Below, one piece after another: positions 1 through 15,181 of a stretch of DNA of 64,000 nucleotides. Each line of letters opens with the position of its first letter. Positions within the stretch are counted from its first letter, which is position 1. The stretch comes from the human T2T-CHM13v2.0 reference genome, Homo sapiens: assembly GCF_009914755.1 (NCBI RefSeq), contig NC_060932.1; one strand, given 5' to 3'. Under the pieces are notes generated by a model. The model searched no databases. It was not told the origin of the DNA and worked only from the letters and a program-made list of their open reading frames with translations. The position numbers were made by a program, and so were the translations under genes.

Positions 1-1264
1 TGCAGCATAGGGAGTTTCTGGGGCAGAAGGAAGATGTGGGCAGTAGCACAGTCCCTGCCAGACCAGTGAGGCCCTCCTGAGTCCCCTTACCCTGTCCTTG
101 ACATGTAGGGAACTCAGAGCCTAAGGTCTTAGGGCCAGGATGTAGCCTGGGATGAGGAGACCTCAATCTGGTCTCAGCTTTGCCCTGAACCAAGTGTCTG
201 ACTTGGGCAGTTGAGTTTTCCTCTCTGGTATCACCCTTCCCAGTGGTCATCCAGTCATTTCCAAAGCATGCCATCATCATTTCTGTTCAAATAAAGATCC
301 CTTTGCCCCACCCACTAGTTCTGACCTGTAGATCCAGGGCAGAACATATGTGTTTCCCTCGAGGAACATCCAGGTCCTAGAATCCACCAGACCCTTCCAG
401 TGTTAAATCCTACAGTGCTCTCATTGACTGCCTCCTGGTCATAAGCTACTAGGTAGTGAAGGGCTGAGAACCAGACCCCACGTCTCCTGCCTCCGGGGGC
501 CGTGTTCTTTCCCTGTCCCATGTGCCTCTCCCCGAGTGGGCACCTCCCTCCTCCCCAGTTATGCACGGGTGCCCCCAGCTATATAGAAGCGTGCCATGTC
601 CACTTATGTCTGGTTTAGTATTCTGCCTGTACGACCTGTTTGTTCTCAGAAGAGCCGTGGGCTGCACTGGTGAGCAGGGTACCCTGTGTTCTGGAGCCTT
701 CATTCCCCTCACCAGGCACACGGCCATGCAATTAGGCACTTGACACATGATGCCAATGTTGACAGCCGAGAATAGAACCCAAGAGTGGGAGGTTAGTCTG
801 CTCAGCCGTGCTGTGGGATGAAGAGGTTTGTGGTTGCCACCTCAGCTTGAGGCTGAGCAGAGACCAGAGCTCAGAGTGGACGAAGCATCAGACAGGAGCC
901 CCAGGTGTGGGCTGTAAAGCCATGGGAGAGAGTCCAGGGGTGCTTGACCTTCAAAGCCCATTCAGGTCTAAAGTCCTCAGAACCCAAGACCTAGACCCAG
1001 ACAACAGGGAGCTGTAGAGTGGGTTCAGGCCAGGCCAATCTGGGCAGGACCAATAGGCTTGGCTGCCCCCACCCCAACTAGTGCCATTGGCCGTTCTGGG
1101 AGGGAGCAGTCTTTGGAGACTTCTGGTGATCATCACTGGTGTCAGCAGATCTTGTCCAAATTGATTCCTGTGGGCTTCTTGAGGTTGGGACTAAAATGTG
1201 TCTGAGCAGCAGGTGGGCCTGGACTGGAATGATCTTGAACCACACAAACCCTCATGTTTCTTTT

Positions 1265-1823
1265 TGTCAGAGGCATGTGAACCAGAGCAACTCCATCTTA
1301 AACAGGAGCTAGGTAAAATGAGGCTGAGACCTATTGTGTTGCATTCCCAGATGATGAAGGCATTCTAAGTCACAGGGTGAGATAGGAAGTCAGCACAAGA
1401 TACAGGTCATAAAGACCTTGCTGATAAAACAGGTTACAGTAAAGAAGCCGGCCAAAACCTACCAAAATCAAGATGGCGATGAGAGTGTCCTCTGGTCATC
1501 CTCACTGCTACACTCCCACCAGTGCCACGACAGTTTACAAATGCCATAGAAATGTCAGGAAATTACCCTGATCTAAAATTTCTGGTCTAAAAAGGGGAGG
1601 CATGAATAATCCACCCTTTGTTTAGCATGTCATCAAGAAATAACTATAAAAATGGGCAAACAGCAGCCTTCAAGACTGCTGTGTCTATGGAGTAGCCATT
1701 CTCTTATTCCTTTACTTTCTTAATAAACTTGCTTTCACTTTATGGACTCACCCTCAATTCTTTCTTGTGTGAGATTCAAGAAACTTCTCTTGGGGTCTGG
1801 ATCGGGACCCCTTTCCTATAACA
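1265..1823 (+). mobile_element. Solo ERV1 LTR, MER41A-like
   Basis: TGTCAGAGGC...GAACCAGAGCAACTCCATCT start, ...GGATCGGGACCCCTTTCC.TAACA end, internal AATAAA, TTTT on both sides (possible 4-bp TSD). Confidence 0.88.
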
Positions 1824-3270
1824 TTTTCACTCCTGCGTTTAGAACCAGAGACTCGCTGTGCAAAGTGGGAGTGAGGAGGGTGCAACTTGTGTCTCACAGC
1901 TCCAGAGGCAGAGCTGCCCCCTGCGGGTAAAAGGTGTAGAAAAACTCCTTTAACATATCCTAGGAAAGACCTCTTTGGTACTGAAAACCAACCAGAAATG
2001 GAATAGATAGGTTGTTTTTGCCAAAAGGGGCGCCTGTCATTGAAATATGCAGATGCTTGAAGGAACCAGAGGAACTTGGGTGATCTGTGATCACGGCCAA
2101 CACTCAGTGTTGGGTATGTGTAGTTTACCACGTACATGATGGATATTATTTTTACTCATGTTCACAACAGTTCTGGGAAAGATAGTGCTAACATGCCCAA
2201 TTTTATGGGCACGTACACTGAGATTCAGGGAGGTAACAGGATTTGTCCCAGATGATTAGACTGGGCCATGACAGAGCTCCAGAAATGTGCTTGTTTCATG
2301 CCAGTGTGATAAGAACTTTGCACACCTGGCATCCTTCTTTGGCTGCCATGGGGAGGTCTTAGTTCTAGTCCTGATTCTGTCTCCAGCTGAGTGTGGTCTT
2401 AACCCTTTCTGAGCCAGTGTCTCCTTCCTGTAAAGGGGCCAGGGCCACCTCCGGAGGCAGGAGAGAAGACAAAGAGCTAGTACACTGTGAGCTCTCTGTC
2501 ACATGCACTGCCTGTGTCACGGGAGGGTATTTTTACTGAAGGGCGCCATTACATTAAAATGGAGACTCCATTTCTAAACAGGTGGGCACATTATCTCTAG
2601 CTGGAAGGAGCCTCCCCCAAGAGCACAGTTCACAGGTAAAGATTAGGAGGTGTTGAGTGCAGGTGGAGAAGGTTCTGGAAAATGTAAACCTCCTCCCCTA
2701 CTTAACACTATTCCTGGCATCACCTGCATAGTCAGTCCTCAAGGGATTACTTGAAAGCTAGCACACCCCAGGGCATTTACTTTGGGGAAGGGAACATCCC
2801 TACCTTTGGTTCCCTCACTTGTAAAAACGAGGGAAGTAAAAACAAATTATCTGACATTCCCTTTAGCTTTGGTTCCTGCCATTGGTGAGTTTACAATCTT
2901 AGTTGTTACTTTTCTCTTTTATCAATATCTCCTTCTATCTTTTTCTTTCTTTCTGCTTTTCTCTCCCTCACCTTTTCTTCCCTCCACTGTCTCATATCTC
3001 CCTCAACAACCAAGGTCTCTCCTTGTAGCTAACGAGTTTAGCTCCCAGAATTATAGACCAAGACAATGATCCTGGAAGCATCAAATCTAGTCCAGGGGCT
3101 TTAGCCCAGACCTTAAGAAATCTTGGGCTATGGTGAGGGATTCAGGGGGGTTCTGCAAATATGGAAGTATTTTCAGCCAAACAATGAAGAAATAAACCAC
3201 TTCAGGAGCTGAACGATCACTTTAAACAGTATGAAATATTCATATGCAAGACTGTTGGAAGAACGTCCCT

Positions 3271-3301
3271 CTCACCTAATCCCCTCACCTAATCCCCTCA
3301 C
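3271..3301. repeat. 13-bp tandem repeat (ctcacctaatccc), ~2.4 copies
   Basis: Directly visible. Confidence 0.85.
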
Positions 3302-3416
3302 TTTTTAGATGAGAAAAGCTGAGGTCAGATAGATAAGGTGATGTCTCCAAGTTATCCGAGTGTTGCTCTGGGGTTTAAGTTGCACATGATTCAAGAGTAT
3401 AAAATCTTACAGCTTA

Positions 3417-3420
<4 letters not shown>

Positions 3421-3462
<42 letters not shown>
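3421..3462. repeat. (TG)21 microsatellite
   Basis: Perfect TG run. Confidence 0.98.
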
Positions 3463-3465
<3 letters not shown>

Positions 3466-4021
3466 ACAAGGCAATCAGAATATTCTGTCAATAGAAGCAG
3501 AAAAGTAGAACTTGGTTCCTTCTGGGGCTCCTGAAAACTGGGGTGTAGACATAACCCCCACACTCTACTCCCACCTGCTTCATCTTATCCCCCACCCCAA
3601 GTGGAGCTAGGGGAGAGCAGCACACAGTTCCCCTCCTCACTGGCTGTCTCCTCCCTGCTGCCTCTTGTCTGTGGTGAGGCTGTGGAGAAGTGGGTTGCTG
3701 TTCTTTTTTCTGACTTCCTGTGTGCTTCAGAAACCTCAATGAACAAAGAGCTAAAGGAAGAAAGGGCCCCGGCACCGTTATGCCAAACATAGACTCACAT
3801 CCGACACGGGGGAGCTGGATGCCCGATTTTTATAGAGATGAAACCCAGGATTCAGGATTCTGACTGCCCTGTTCCCAACGTGGCTGCATGGGGAATGTCA
3901 GTGCTTGGGAGCTGGAAGTAGGTCGCAGGCTTCTCATTCTTTTCAGGCTTAGGTCTAATGTATTTAAAGAGGTAGCCGAAGTGAGTCTTTAGATGTATCA
4001 TGGAAATCAAACCAACATTAA

Positions 4022-4340
<319 letters not shown>

Positions 4341-4541
4341 TACCACAGCTGTTTTAATTTCTCTGTTTTCCTTCAGTGTACAACTCAGCTGTAACCATAG
4401 GAGCACATTTCCATAGATAATTTGCATATAATCTCTGGAATCTTCATATTCCCTTAATTGAATATGCCTAAGTAGTCTCCTCATTACTTACCTTTTAGCA
4501 CGCGCAAGTTAATTTACGAGTGAGTCTCTCCATCCAGGTGA

Positions 4542-4915
<374 letters not shown>

Positions 4916-5113
4916 TGAGCTTTCTGTCCATAAGCTCCTATTCTCAGGGACTTGCTACTCACATCATGATCCACAGGAGACTCTCGGGGTCACGTCTTTC
5001 TCTACCCAGCCCTGGCTTCCTGGTGCTGTGTTCATGTCTGATTTTGGATCCCTGAGACCTTTTTCTCCTACCTTTCTTCTGAAAGGATAGCAGTCATTTT
5101 GTGACCTTGCTCA

Positions 5114-5611
5114 GGAAATTTTCAGCTGGGTTTTCCCTTTGTATTTTATTTGATGTTTTTCACCAGGGAGGAAAACTCCTGCTACCATGTGAGTTGTGCC
5201 AGGGGAGACTTGCCAGAGAAGAGCTGCCTGCAGGGGGATTTCTCGCTACCACATGCAGGGTTTCCCTACTTTGGAAGCCTCGTGGCTGGAATTTTAAAGG
5301 CCAAAGTTCCCCCAAATTTTCTGAACGCTGAATGATTGAAAACACCTATTTTTTTTTTCTCTTTTTACCCAAGCGCCTTTTTTCCCAATAAAGGGCTTGG
5401 GTAACGACAACAAACTAAAACTGAAACCACAACTCTGCTCTAAAATAAGAGACTCAGAGACACCCAGGAAGGGCCTGCCTTTGAGACTTGTCACTCCCTG
5501 AGATCCATCGTGGCACCAAATGTTTGCCGAGCTCCGCCCTGGGAGGGAGGCCTGCAGCCTGGGAACTGGGAGACCTGGGTCCCAGTGGAGAGGCCTCACC
5601 ATGTAGTAAGT
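5114..5611 (+). promoter_or_regulatory. Candidate intronic promoter/enhancer with possible alternative non-coding first exon
   Basis: Several kB-like motifs (5114-5312), CCAAT 5385, RUNX AACCACA 5425, AT-rich TAAAATAA 5441, GC-box-like 5532, donor GTAAGT 5606; motif evidence only. Confidence 0.4.
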
Positions 5612-6724
5612 CTCTCTCGATTCAGTTCTCACAGTGAGTTGAGGGCCAAGCCAGCCATTCTTCAGCCTCACCGGGTGGGTACCAGAATCACCTGAGATGT
5701 TAGGAAGGTGGGGAAAGAGGGAGGTGTTGGTCAAAGGGGACAAAGTTATTTACGTAGAATGAGTAAGTCCCAGAGATCTAATGCACAGCATGGTGACTGT
5801 ACCTAAGTATGCTGTATTAGATACTTCAGATTGGCTAAGAGAGTTGATTTTTTTAATTTTAGTAATTTTTTAAATTTATGCATAATAACTGTACATATTT
5901 ATGGGGTACAGAATGATATTTGAATACATGTATACTCTGTGTAATAATCAAATCAGAGTAATTACCATATTCATCATGGAAAGCATTTATCATTTCTTTG
6001 TGTTGGGAATATCCAGAATCCTCTCTTCTATTTAAAAATATACAATAAATTATTGACTCTAGTCACCCTACAGAGCTACAGAACATTAGCACTTAGTCCT
6101 CCTATCTAGCTTTAATTTGGTGTCCATTAACCAACCTCTCTCCATCCACCTTCCACCCTGCCCTTCCCAGCCTATTATAACCACGATTCTGTCTACTTCT
6201 GTGAGCTCAACTTTTTTAGCTCCCACCTATGGGTGAGAAAATATAGTATTTCTCTTTCTGTGCCTGACTTATTTCACTTAACATAACATCCTCCAGGCTC
6301 ATCCATGTTGTTGTGAATGACAAGATTTTATTCTTTTTCATGGCTAAATAGCACTCCATCTGTTGATGGGCACTTCGGTTGATTTCCTGTTTTGGCTATT
6401 GTGAGTAGTGCTGCAATCAATGTGGACGTGCAGATATCTCTTTGACATAATGATTTAATTTCCTCTGGAAAAAATCCCTAGTAGTGGGATTGCTAGATCA
6501 TATGGTAGTTCTAGTTCTATTTGTAGTTTTTTTGAGGAATCTCCATACGGTTCTCCGTAATGGTTATACTAATTTACATTCCCACCAATAGCGTTTAGGA
6601 GTTCTCTTTTCTCAACATCCTCACCAGCATTTGTTATTTTTTGTCTTTTTGATAATAGCCATTCTAACTGGGTGAGATGCTATCTCATTGTAGTTTTGAT
6701 TCATATTTCCCTTATGATTAGTGA

Positions 6725-7060
<336 letters not shown>

Positions 7061-7289
7061 ATATGTCTTCTTTTGAGAAATGTCCTTTCAGATACTTTGC
7101 TCATTAAAAAAAAATTATTATTATTTACCATTGAGTTGTTTGAGTTCCTCATGTATCCTGGATATCAGTCCCTTGTTGGATGAACGGTTTTCACATATTT
7201 TCTCCCATTCTACAGGTTGCCTGGTCCACTCTGTCAGTTGTTTCCTTTGCTGTGCAGAAGCTTGTAGCTTGATACAATCCCATTTGTCA

Positions 7290-7370
7290 TTGGGAGGTCA
7301 AGACAGGAGGATTGCTTGAAGCCAGGAGTTCAAGATAAGCCTGGGCAACATAGTGAGATGCTGTCTCTGT
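7290..7370 (+). mobile_element. Alu monomer fragment (FLAM/AluJ-like)
   Basis: TGGGAGG...GAGGATTGCTTGAAGCCAGGAGTTCAAGA...CCTGGGCAACATAGTGAGA. Confidence 0.8.
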
Positions 7371-8048
7371 TTTTTTTTTTAATCCCATGTGCCTATTTTT
7401 GCTTCTGTTACCTGTGTTTTTGAAGTCTTACCTGCAAAATATTTGCCCAGACCAATGTCCCGAAGGATTTACCCTGCTTTCTTCTAGTAGTTTTATAGTT
7501 TTGAATCTCACATTTTAGTCCTTATTCTGAGTTGATTTCATGTATAGTGAGAGATAGGGATCTAGTTTCATTCTTCTGCATATGGTTATTCAGATTTTTC
7601 AGCACCATTTATTGAAAACACTGTCTTTTTCCCAATGTATGTTCTTGGCATCTTTGTTGAAAATCAGTTAGCTATAAATATGTGGATGTATTTCTGGGTT
7701 CTCTATTCTGTTTCATTTGTCTGTGTGTCTGTTTTTATATCAGTACCATGCTATTTTGGTTACTTTAGCTTTGTAGTATTTTTGAAATCAGGTAGTGTGA
7801 TGCCTCCAGCTTTGCTCTTTTTGCTCAGAATTGCTTTGGCTATTTGGGGTCTTTTTTGATTCTACATGAACTTTAAGATTGTCTTTTCTATCATATTTCT
7901 GTGAAGAATATCATTGGTCTTTTGATGGGGGTTGCATGGAATTCGTAGAGCGCTTTAGGTAGTATGGTCATTTTAACAATATTAATTATTCCAGTCCATG
8001 AACATGGAACATTTTTCCATTTTGTGTGTGTGTCCTCTTCTAATTCTT

Positions 8049-8371
8049 CCCACCCCCCCACTCTCCCAACACACGCCGAGATGGAGTCTTGTTCTGTCAC
8101 CCAAGCTGGAGTGCTGTGGTGCAATCGTGGCTCACTGCAACTTCTGCCTCCTGGTTCAAGCAATTCTCCTGTCTCAGCCTCCCAAGTATCTGGGATTACA
8201 GGCACGTGCCACCAGGCCTGGATAATTTTTGTATTTTTAGTAGAGACGGGGTGTCACCACGTTGGCCAGGCTGGTCTCGAAATGGCTGGTCTCGAGCTCC
8301 TGACCTCGTGATCTGCCCACCTTGACCTCCCAAAGTGCTGGGATTACAGGTGTGAGCCACCGCGCCTGGCC
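8049..8371 (-). mobile_element. Alu (AluS-like), antisense, atypical tail
   Basis: Full Alu body 8078-8371; C-rich segment where the T-rich tail is expected. Confidence 0.9.
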
Positions 8372-8504
8372 TCCTCTATTTCTTTCATCAGTGTTTTATA
8401 GTTTCCATCATAAAGGTCTTTCTTGGTTAAAAAATATCCTCTCTTATTAAAATTATTCCCAGTTATTTTATTATGATTTTTGTAGTTATCATAAATGAGA
8501 TTGT

Positions 8505-9125
<621 letters not shown>

Positions 9126-10438
9126 AGATTACTTTTTCTATTTCTTTTTTAGCTAGTTGGTTATAAGTATACAGAACTGGTTTTTATATGTTGATTTTAT
9201 ATCCTGCAACTTTATCAAATTTGTTTATCAACTCTAAACAATTTTTGGTGGAGTCTTTAGGTGTTTCTTTATATAAAATCATGTCATCTGCAAAGAGGAA
9301 CAATTTGACTTCCTCTTTTCCAACTTGAATGCCTTTCATTTCTTTCTCTTGCCTAATTGCACTGATTAGGGCTTCCTAGAGAATAGATCTTAAGTGTTTT
9401 CACTACAAACACAAGAAAAGGTAACTGTGTGGAGATGAATATGCTAATTAGCTTGACTATAATAATCAACTTGCTATACAGCTCAAATATATACAATTTC
9501 AGTTTAAAATATTTTATAAAGAATCACCTGAGATGTTATGGAGAAATACAGATGGCTAGGCCCCAACCCCCATGGTCTCCATGCACTAGGTCAGGTTAAG
9601 GCTTAGAGATATTTACACTATATATTCCAGCGATGCCAACATGCATGTAAACAGGGTGAAGAACCCAGGGACCAAGCGCTGTCTGAGGTTGTTTCTCATC
9701 TAACAGCAACGTTTTACCATTAGAACCCAGAGCCCCAGAGGACCTTACTCTGGGGGTGTCTATGGAATGAGGCCTCCTTCTTAGGTAGGTCTGTACTCTG
9801 AATTATAGCCAGAATCTTCATCACTGCAGGGCATAGCGGTAAAGAGCCCACACCTGTAGCCCCTTCTGACTCCACTCAAATCACAGTTCTGCTCTCGACT
9901 TGCTGTGTGGCCTTTGGGAAGTTACTCTGCTCAACCTCGGAGACCTCATCCATGGGACAGGGGGTAATGGTACCTAGCTTTTGGGTTTTTCTTAGGATGG
10001 ACTGGGCTCATTGTGCATGGAAAGTGCTAGCCCAGGGTTGGGCTACGGAAGCACTCTGTTACCTGCTGCTGTTTCTCAGAAGTGAGCCCTTTGGCATGGA
10101 GAGCTGGAGGAAGAGGACGAATGCTCAAGGTCTCAGGGCTGGAGAGGAAATCATGATCATGGGGTGGCAAAGGACCTCAAGGCACTGCCAGGCACTCTGG
10201 GCTCTTGGAGAACTGTTCAGAGTTGGCGATAACTTTCTGTAATCCTAGGCATCTCTTCTCTTGTCACATTTCATTGAGATATCTGTCTATCCTATTTAAC
10301 CCAAGCCTGATTTTGGATAGGATCCAGAAATCTAGGTGAATTTCAGGGGCCTGGTTGCTTCCTCATCTAGCTTGGTGGTAAGAAGCTCAGCCCCTCTCTG
10401 TGGGCCATGTGGAGAGTACAGAAAATAAAACTGTATCA

Positions 10439-10894
<456 letters not shown>

Positions 10895-13433
10895 CTAAAT
10901 GTGGATTGTGTTTTTATGTAGTTCTAATCAGTATGTAAATTTCATTCTCTGTCACTTAACATTTTTATATAAATCTTTTCATGCACTACTCATATTTTTA
11001 TCATAGTTTTTCATTATTGCTAGTGCTCCGACTTCCCCCTGAGCATTTTGTTTTGATTCTCATTATTTCACTACTATAAATAGTACAGCTAGGAACATCT
11101 TTGTGCAAATGCTTCACACCCCTCGCCTTGGATAGATGCGGTATGTTTCCCAACGTTGGGTAGCAAGATCAACACATGTGAGTTATTTTGTATTTAACTT
11201 CCTTGCTTCAGAAAGCCAGTTCTGAGTAATTGGCAATTGTACTAGTTCATTTCAAGTCCATGAACATAAGTTTTTCTTTTTTTTCCCTAGGTAACTTGGC
11301 TTGTTTAATAGGTTTATGGTGGTTCCTTAAAGTTGTTTTTATTAGCATTTTCAACTGCTGAGGGCTTTTCTGTCTATTTTTAATTTTCTCAAGTCTTTTC
11401 ACACACAGGTGGCATCCTGTTTGCTTGAAGGGGCATTAAAATTGCTGTTTTATCCAATTTGCATTAAAATGAAAACTAAATACATCTACAGATTGGGGCT
11501 CGGTCATGTTGAATGGTTTTGAGGTCTGTTTACATAAAGCAAATGTTTGGCGTATACTAGGTTTGCAAAGAGTGGCAGACTAGGGGGTTGGCAGGTGAAG
11601 CTTGTTCAAGACGATGGTTTTGTTGGTTTTAAGGTGTTGAGAGATGGTGGGCTACATCTGTACAGTTAGACTTGGGTTTATACTTTCTAGTTAAAAAAAG
11701 TACCTGAGGTTTTTTTTTTTTTAATCACCTACTTTTTTTTCTGTTTATTACATGTATCATAAAATATACCTTAATCAAGTCCTACATATCCATGACTATA
11801 TACATATTAACATGTCAAAAGTCTGCATTCCTTTCCATACATGTATGAGGAATTTGTGTTTGAGCAGAATTCTGGGGGCTACATCAGAAAAGCAGGTTCA
11901 TCTGGGCTGTACTCTTTGGCACAGAAATAAGCTTGATGTGTGGAGACCAAGCTCAGATCAGGGGTGGAGGGAAGGTTGGGGGTCACTCACTGCTGGGATG
12001 TAGGCTGTGGACTGTGTTTGTTGGGGTACAGTGGGAAATCTGAGCTCTGGTCTTATCTCTGCCACTGAAGAAAGGGGACCCCAGGCAAGCTGCTCAGTCA
12101 GTCGCTTTTCCTCATCCTCAAAATGGGAGAGCAGCCTGCCTTGGGAGATATCAGTGAGGTAGCAAGGGTGCAAATGCTATGAAGGGAGATTCAGCATGTG
12201 ATATGCAAATGTGAAGCTCCTCTTCCTCTAGTTGTTACATTTCTTCTTAACGTTGATTTGGATGAAGGAGTCAGATCCATCTTTCACGGGACAGTCCTAC
12301 AACCGTTCAAAACCAGCAATCCATCCTGCGTTCCCATGACTCACTCTCTCTTTGGTTTTAGGGGTCTGCACCATGTGATAGGGCCTTGTTGAATGCCCTT
12401 GCCCTAGAAGACGGCCTCTCAAACCCCAGGCCCTCAGCTTTCACTGCTGAGGTGGGATCGTGTGTGCAGAGCCCAGAGGGAAATCACCATAGTTTCTTAG
12501 GGGTTTTCTGGTAATCCCAACACTACATTAACTTTTTTTGGCAGCCACATCATAGTGACTAACAGTGAATTTACAGTTAGCCTAAATCCTATTTTTTAAT
12601 CCATCCACTGCTAAACCACATCTTTCTCATCCTAGACTGGGGAAGGCTTTTTTTTTTTTTTAAATCTACATGAAGAATGGCTCATTTATCCCACTTCACA
12701 AGTTGCGTTTTGTTAAACTTGGCATGACTTACCAGCCTGTGAGGATTTCAAGAACTTTTTTTGATCCTCTGTTAAAGCCATAATCTCTCCCAATCCTGTG
12801 CTCAACTTGATGCTTCTTGTTTAATAACCACAAGCTCCTTCATACCCAATTAAAAGGCGTGAACAGGAACAATTAAAACAACAGTCTGCCATCCAGGTTA
12901 ATGCAGACATTTGATTAGCAGTCTTTAGAAGAAACCATTTGACCAACTAGGAATTCACCTGCTATCATCTGACCTCCTTGTTAAACTCTCAAGAAAATGG
13001 GGAAGAACTCAGACAAATTGAAGCATTGATTCCTCATGGTACCAAATTTCTCCGCTCAGCAACCAACTTTGTGACCCACTCAGAGGGGGACATGAGATTT
13101 GTAGGAGTTGGAGGTTGAGAGGGAAGGAAAAAGCTGAGATCATGATTTGAAGAGGAGAAGTTGGAGGATAACTTGGTTTGGGGTTAAAGATGACAAAGAG
13201 TGTGGTTTTGAAAATAACAACTTTCAGAGGACTGGAGAGTAAGAGAAAAGAAGCTCTTGGGAGGAAGGGGCACATGGTAAGATGCTATGCCCCCATGCAC
13301 CTTGTACATTGTTGTCTTGAAGTACTGGGTGGTGCCACCACTACAGGCAACAAGTGGGACATCAACTGTCAGAGGTGGCTTGAGGCCAGGGACCCTGAGA
13401 TCTGCCCTTTTTGCCCAGTCTGTCGCTGTTCAG

Positions 13434-13585
13434 ACAGTGGTGTGCTGGAACCAACTCTCACAAGCCAATGGTGTCCATTTCTCCCCAACTCCCCTTTCAG
13501 TGCCATCATGCTGGTGGCTTGGAATCAGCCACAATGAAAGTATTTACACCAGAGAAATTGGCAAGTGCTACAAATCAAGGCATCC
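13434..13585 (+). mobile_element. MER63-like hAT DNA transposon fragment
   Basis: CAGTGGTGTGCTGGA...CCCAACTCC...TATTTACACCA.AGAAATTGGCAA..GCTACAAATCA. Confidence 0.65.
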
Positions 13586-14069
13586 TTCTCTCAGATTGCC
13601 AGTGGCCACACACACACCAGGCACTTATTCTCGCTGCCCCTGTGGCCTCCCAGCTCACACCTGTGCTGTATCCTTGTGCCAGATTTATATTTTTAAAATG
13701 AAAATCTGCTTTTCCATGGATGATGTTCAAAAATTTCTTAGCAGATTGCCACCTTCTGGTCTCATTTCCCAATGACCCCTCACCCACCCTCTTCACCAGC
13801 CCTACAGGCAGCATGTCATGGGGTTTCCTGATCTTTCTGGGTCACTTTTTCCTAAGATCCTGAGGCCCAGTAGGCAGGTTCTCTTCTGTGATCATCTGGT
13901 CCCATGCTTAGAGTTCTATTAGAGACCGTAGCAGGCTGTGGCTGTTTTTGTGTGTTTTGTTCCGTTTTATCTTTTTTCTTTTTACTGGATTATGATCTAA
14001 TAGATGGGGACCTTCTTCCCTCTTCTGTTTATCTTCATAGCTCCAGGTCTGCTATGGTTCCTGAAACAT

Positions 14070-14167
14070 AGGAAGGCAGAGAGAGGAGGGAAGGAAGGAA
14101 AGAAGAAAGGAGGGAGGGAGGGAAGGAAGGAAAGAAGGAAGGAAGACAGGAGGGAAGACAGGAAGAC
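14070..14167. repeat. GA-rich low complexity (GGAA/GGGA)
   Basis: Nearly pure purine run. Confidence 0.9.
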
Positions 14168-15181
14168 ACTCCAGCCAAAAGGCATTCATGACCTGGCAAG
14201 TAAGGAGCACAATGAGTATAATTTTTGAAGAACTAAGAGAAGAATGGAGCCCAGAAGTCAAATAGGAGATAAGAAAAATCTGGCTAGCTGCAGGGATCAA
14301 AGGCTTTGAGGGGAGGAGAGGTTCCTTTAGCAAGAAAGCCCAGGGTAATGCATCCCTGTTGCTCCCCTCCTGCCCCGCAAGACCCCCCCAAGCCAGCTGG
14401 CCTCTGAGCTGGCAGGAGCTGGCAACAGGGGGACTCCCAGTGGGTAATGGGTGCGGGGGTGGGGAGCTGAAAACGTGGTAAAGTCTCAACAAATGCGTTT
14501 TGTATTACATTCAATTATAGCTGGCAATAATCACAACCTTTCTGGTTCTTTCCTCCGCAAGGTAATGGGGAGAAAGCCTTGGAGAGGAGGGAGGTGATTT
14601 AGCAAATGCTGGACTGGAGGGCCCTGGAGCAGGCAGAATGCTGGCCCTGCAGGAACTGAGGGCTGAGAGGGCTCTGGTTGGGGAGGGGGCACTGTGAGGA
14701 GCCAGCAGGGCACAGCCTTGCCCAGAAACCTAGGACCAGCTCCCTGAGACTGCAGGGTCATTGCCAATTAGTTAAGTGGCTGCACTCAGCAGGCCTTTGG
14801 GATAGGAAAGGGCTGCGTTCTCCATCTTGTTGATGTGGAAACAGCAAGGGGAAGTGATTCAGAGGCGGAGTGGAAATAAAGTGTGTGTCTCGTGACATTG
14901 TGACTTCTGCTAGATCCAAAGGGCTGCACTTGACTGTCTCCTGGGAAGCTTCCTTCCACGGACAGGCGCCTGTCGTGCTTTCGAGACAGGCAATGGGGCT
15001 GTGCAGGAGCAGAGGAGAGGGAGGCATGATCTGTGGAGGTGGGGCAGGTGCATGGAGGAAGGCAGGGCTGGGTGAAAAGGCAGCCTCAGTGCACGGAGCA
15101 CTGGAGGTAGAAGGGGCTGCCACAGCCACCTGATCCTGCACTTAGGAGGTCAGTTTAGATTTTTTAAAAGTCAGGTTTAAA

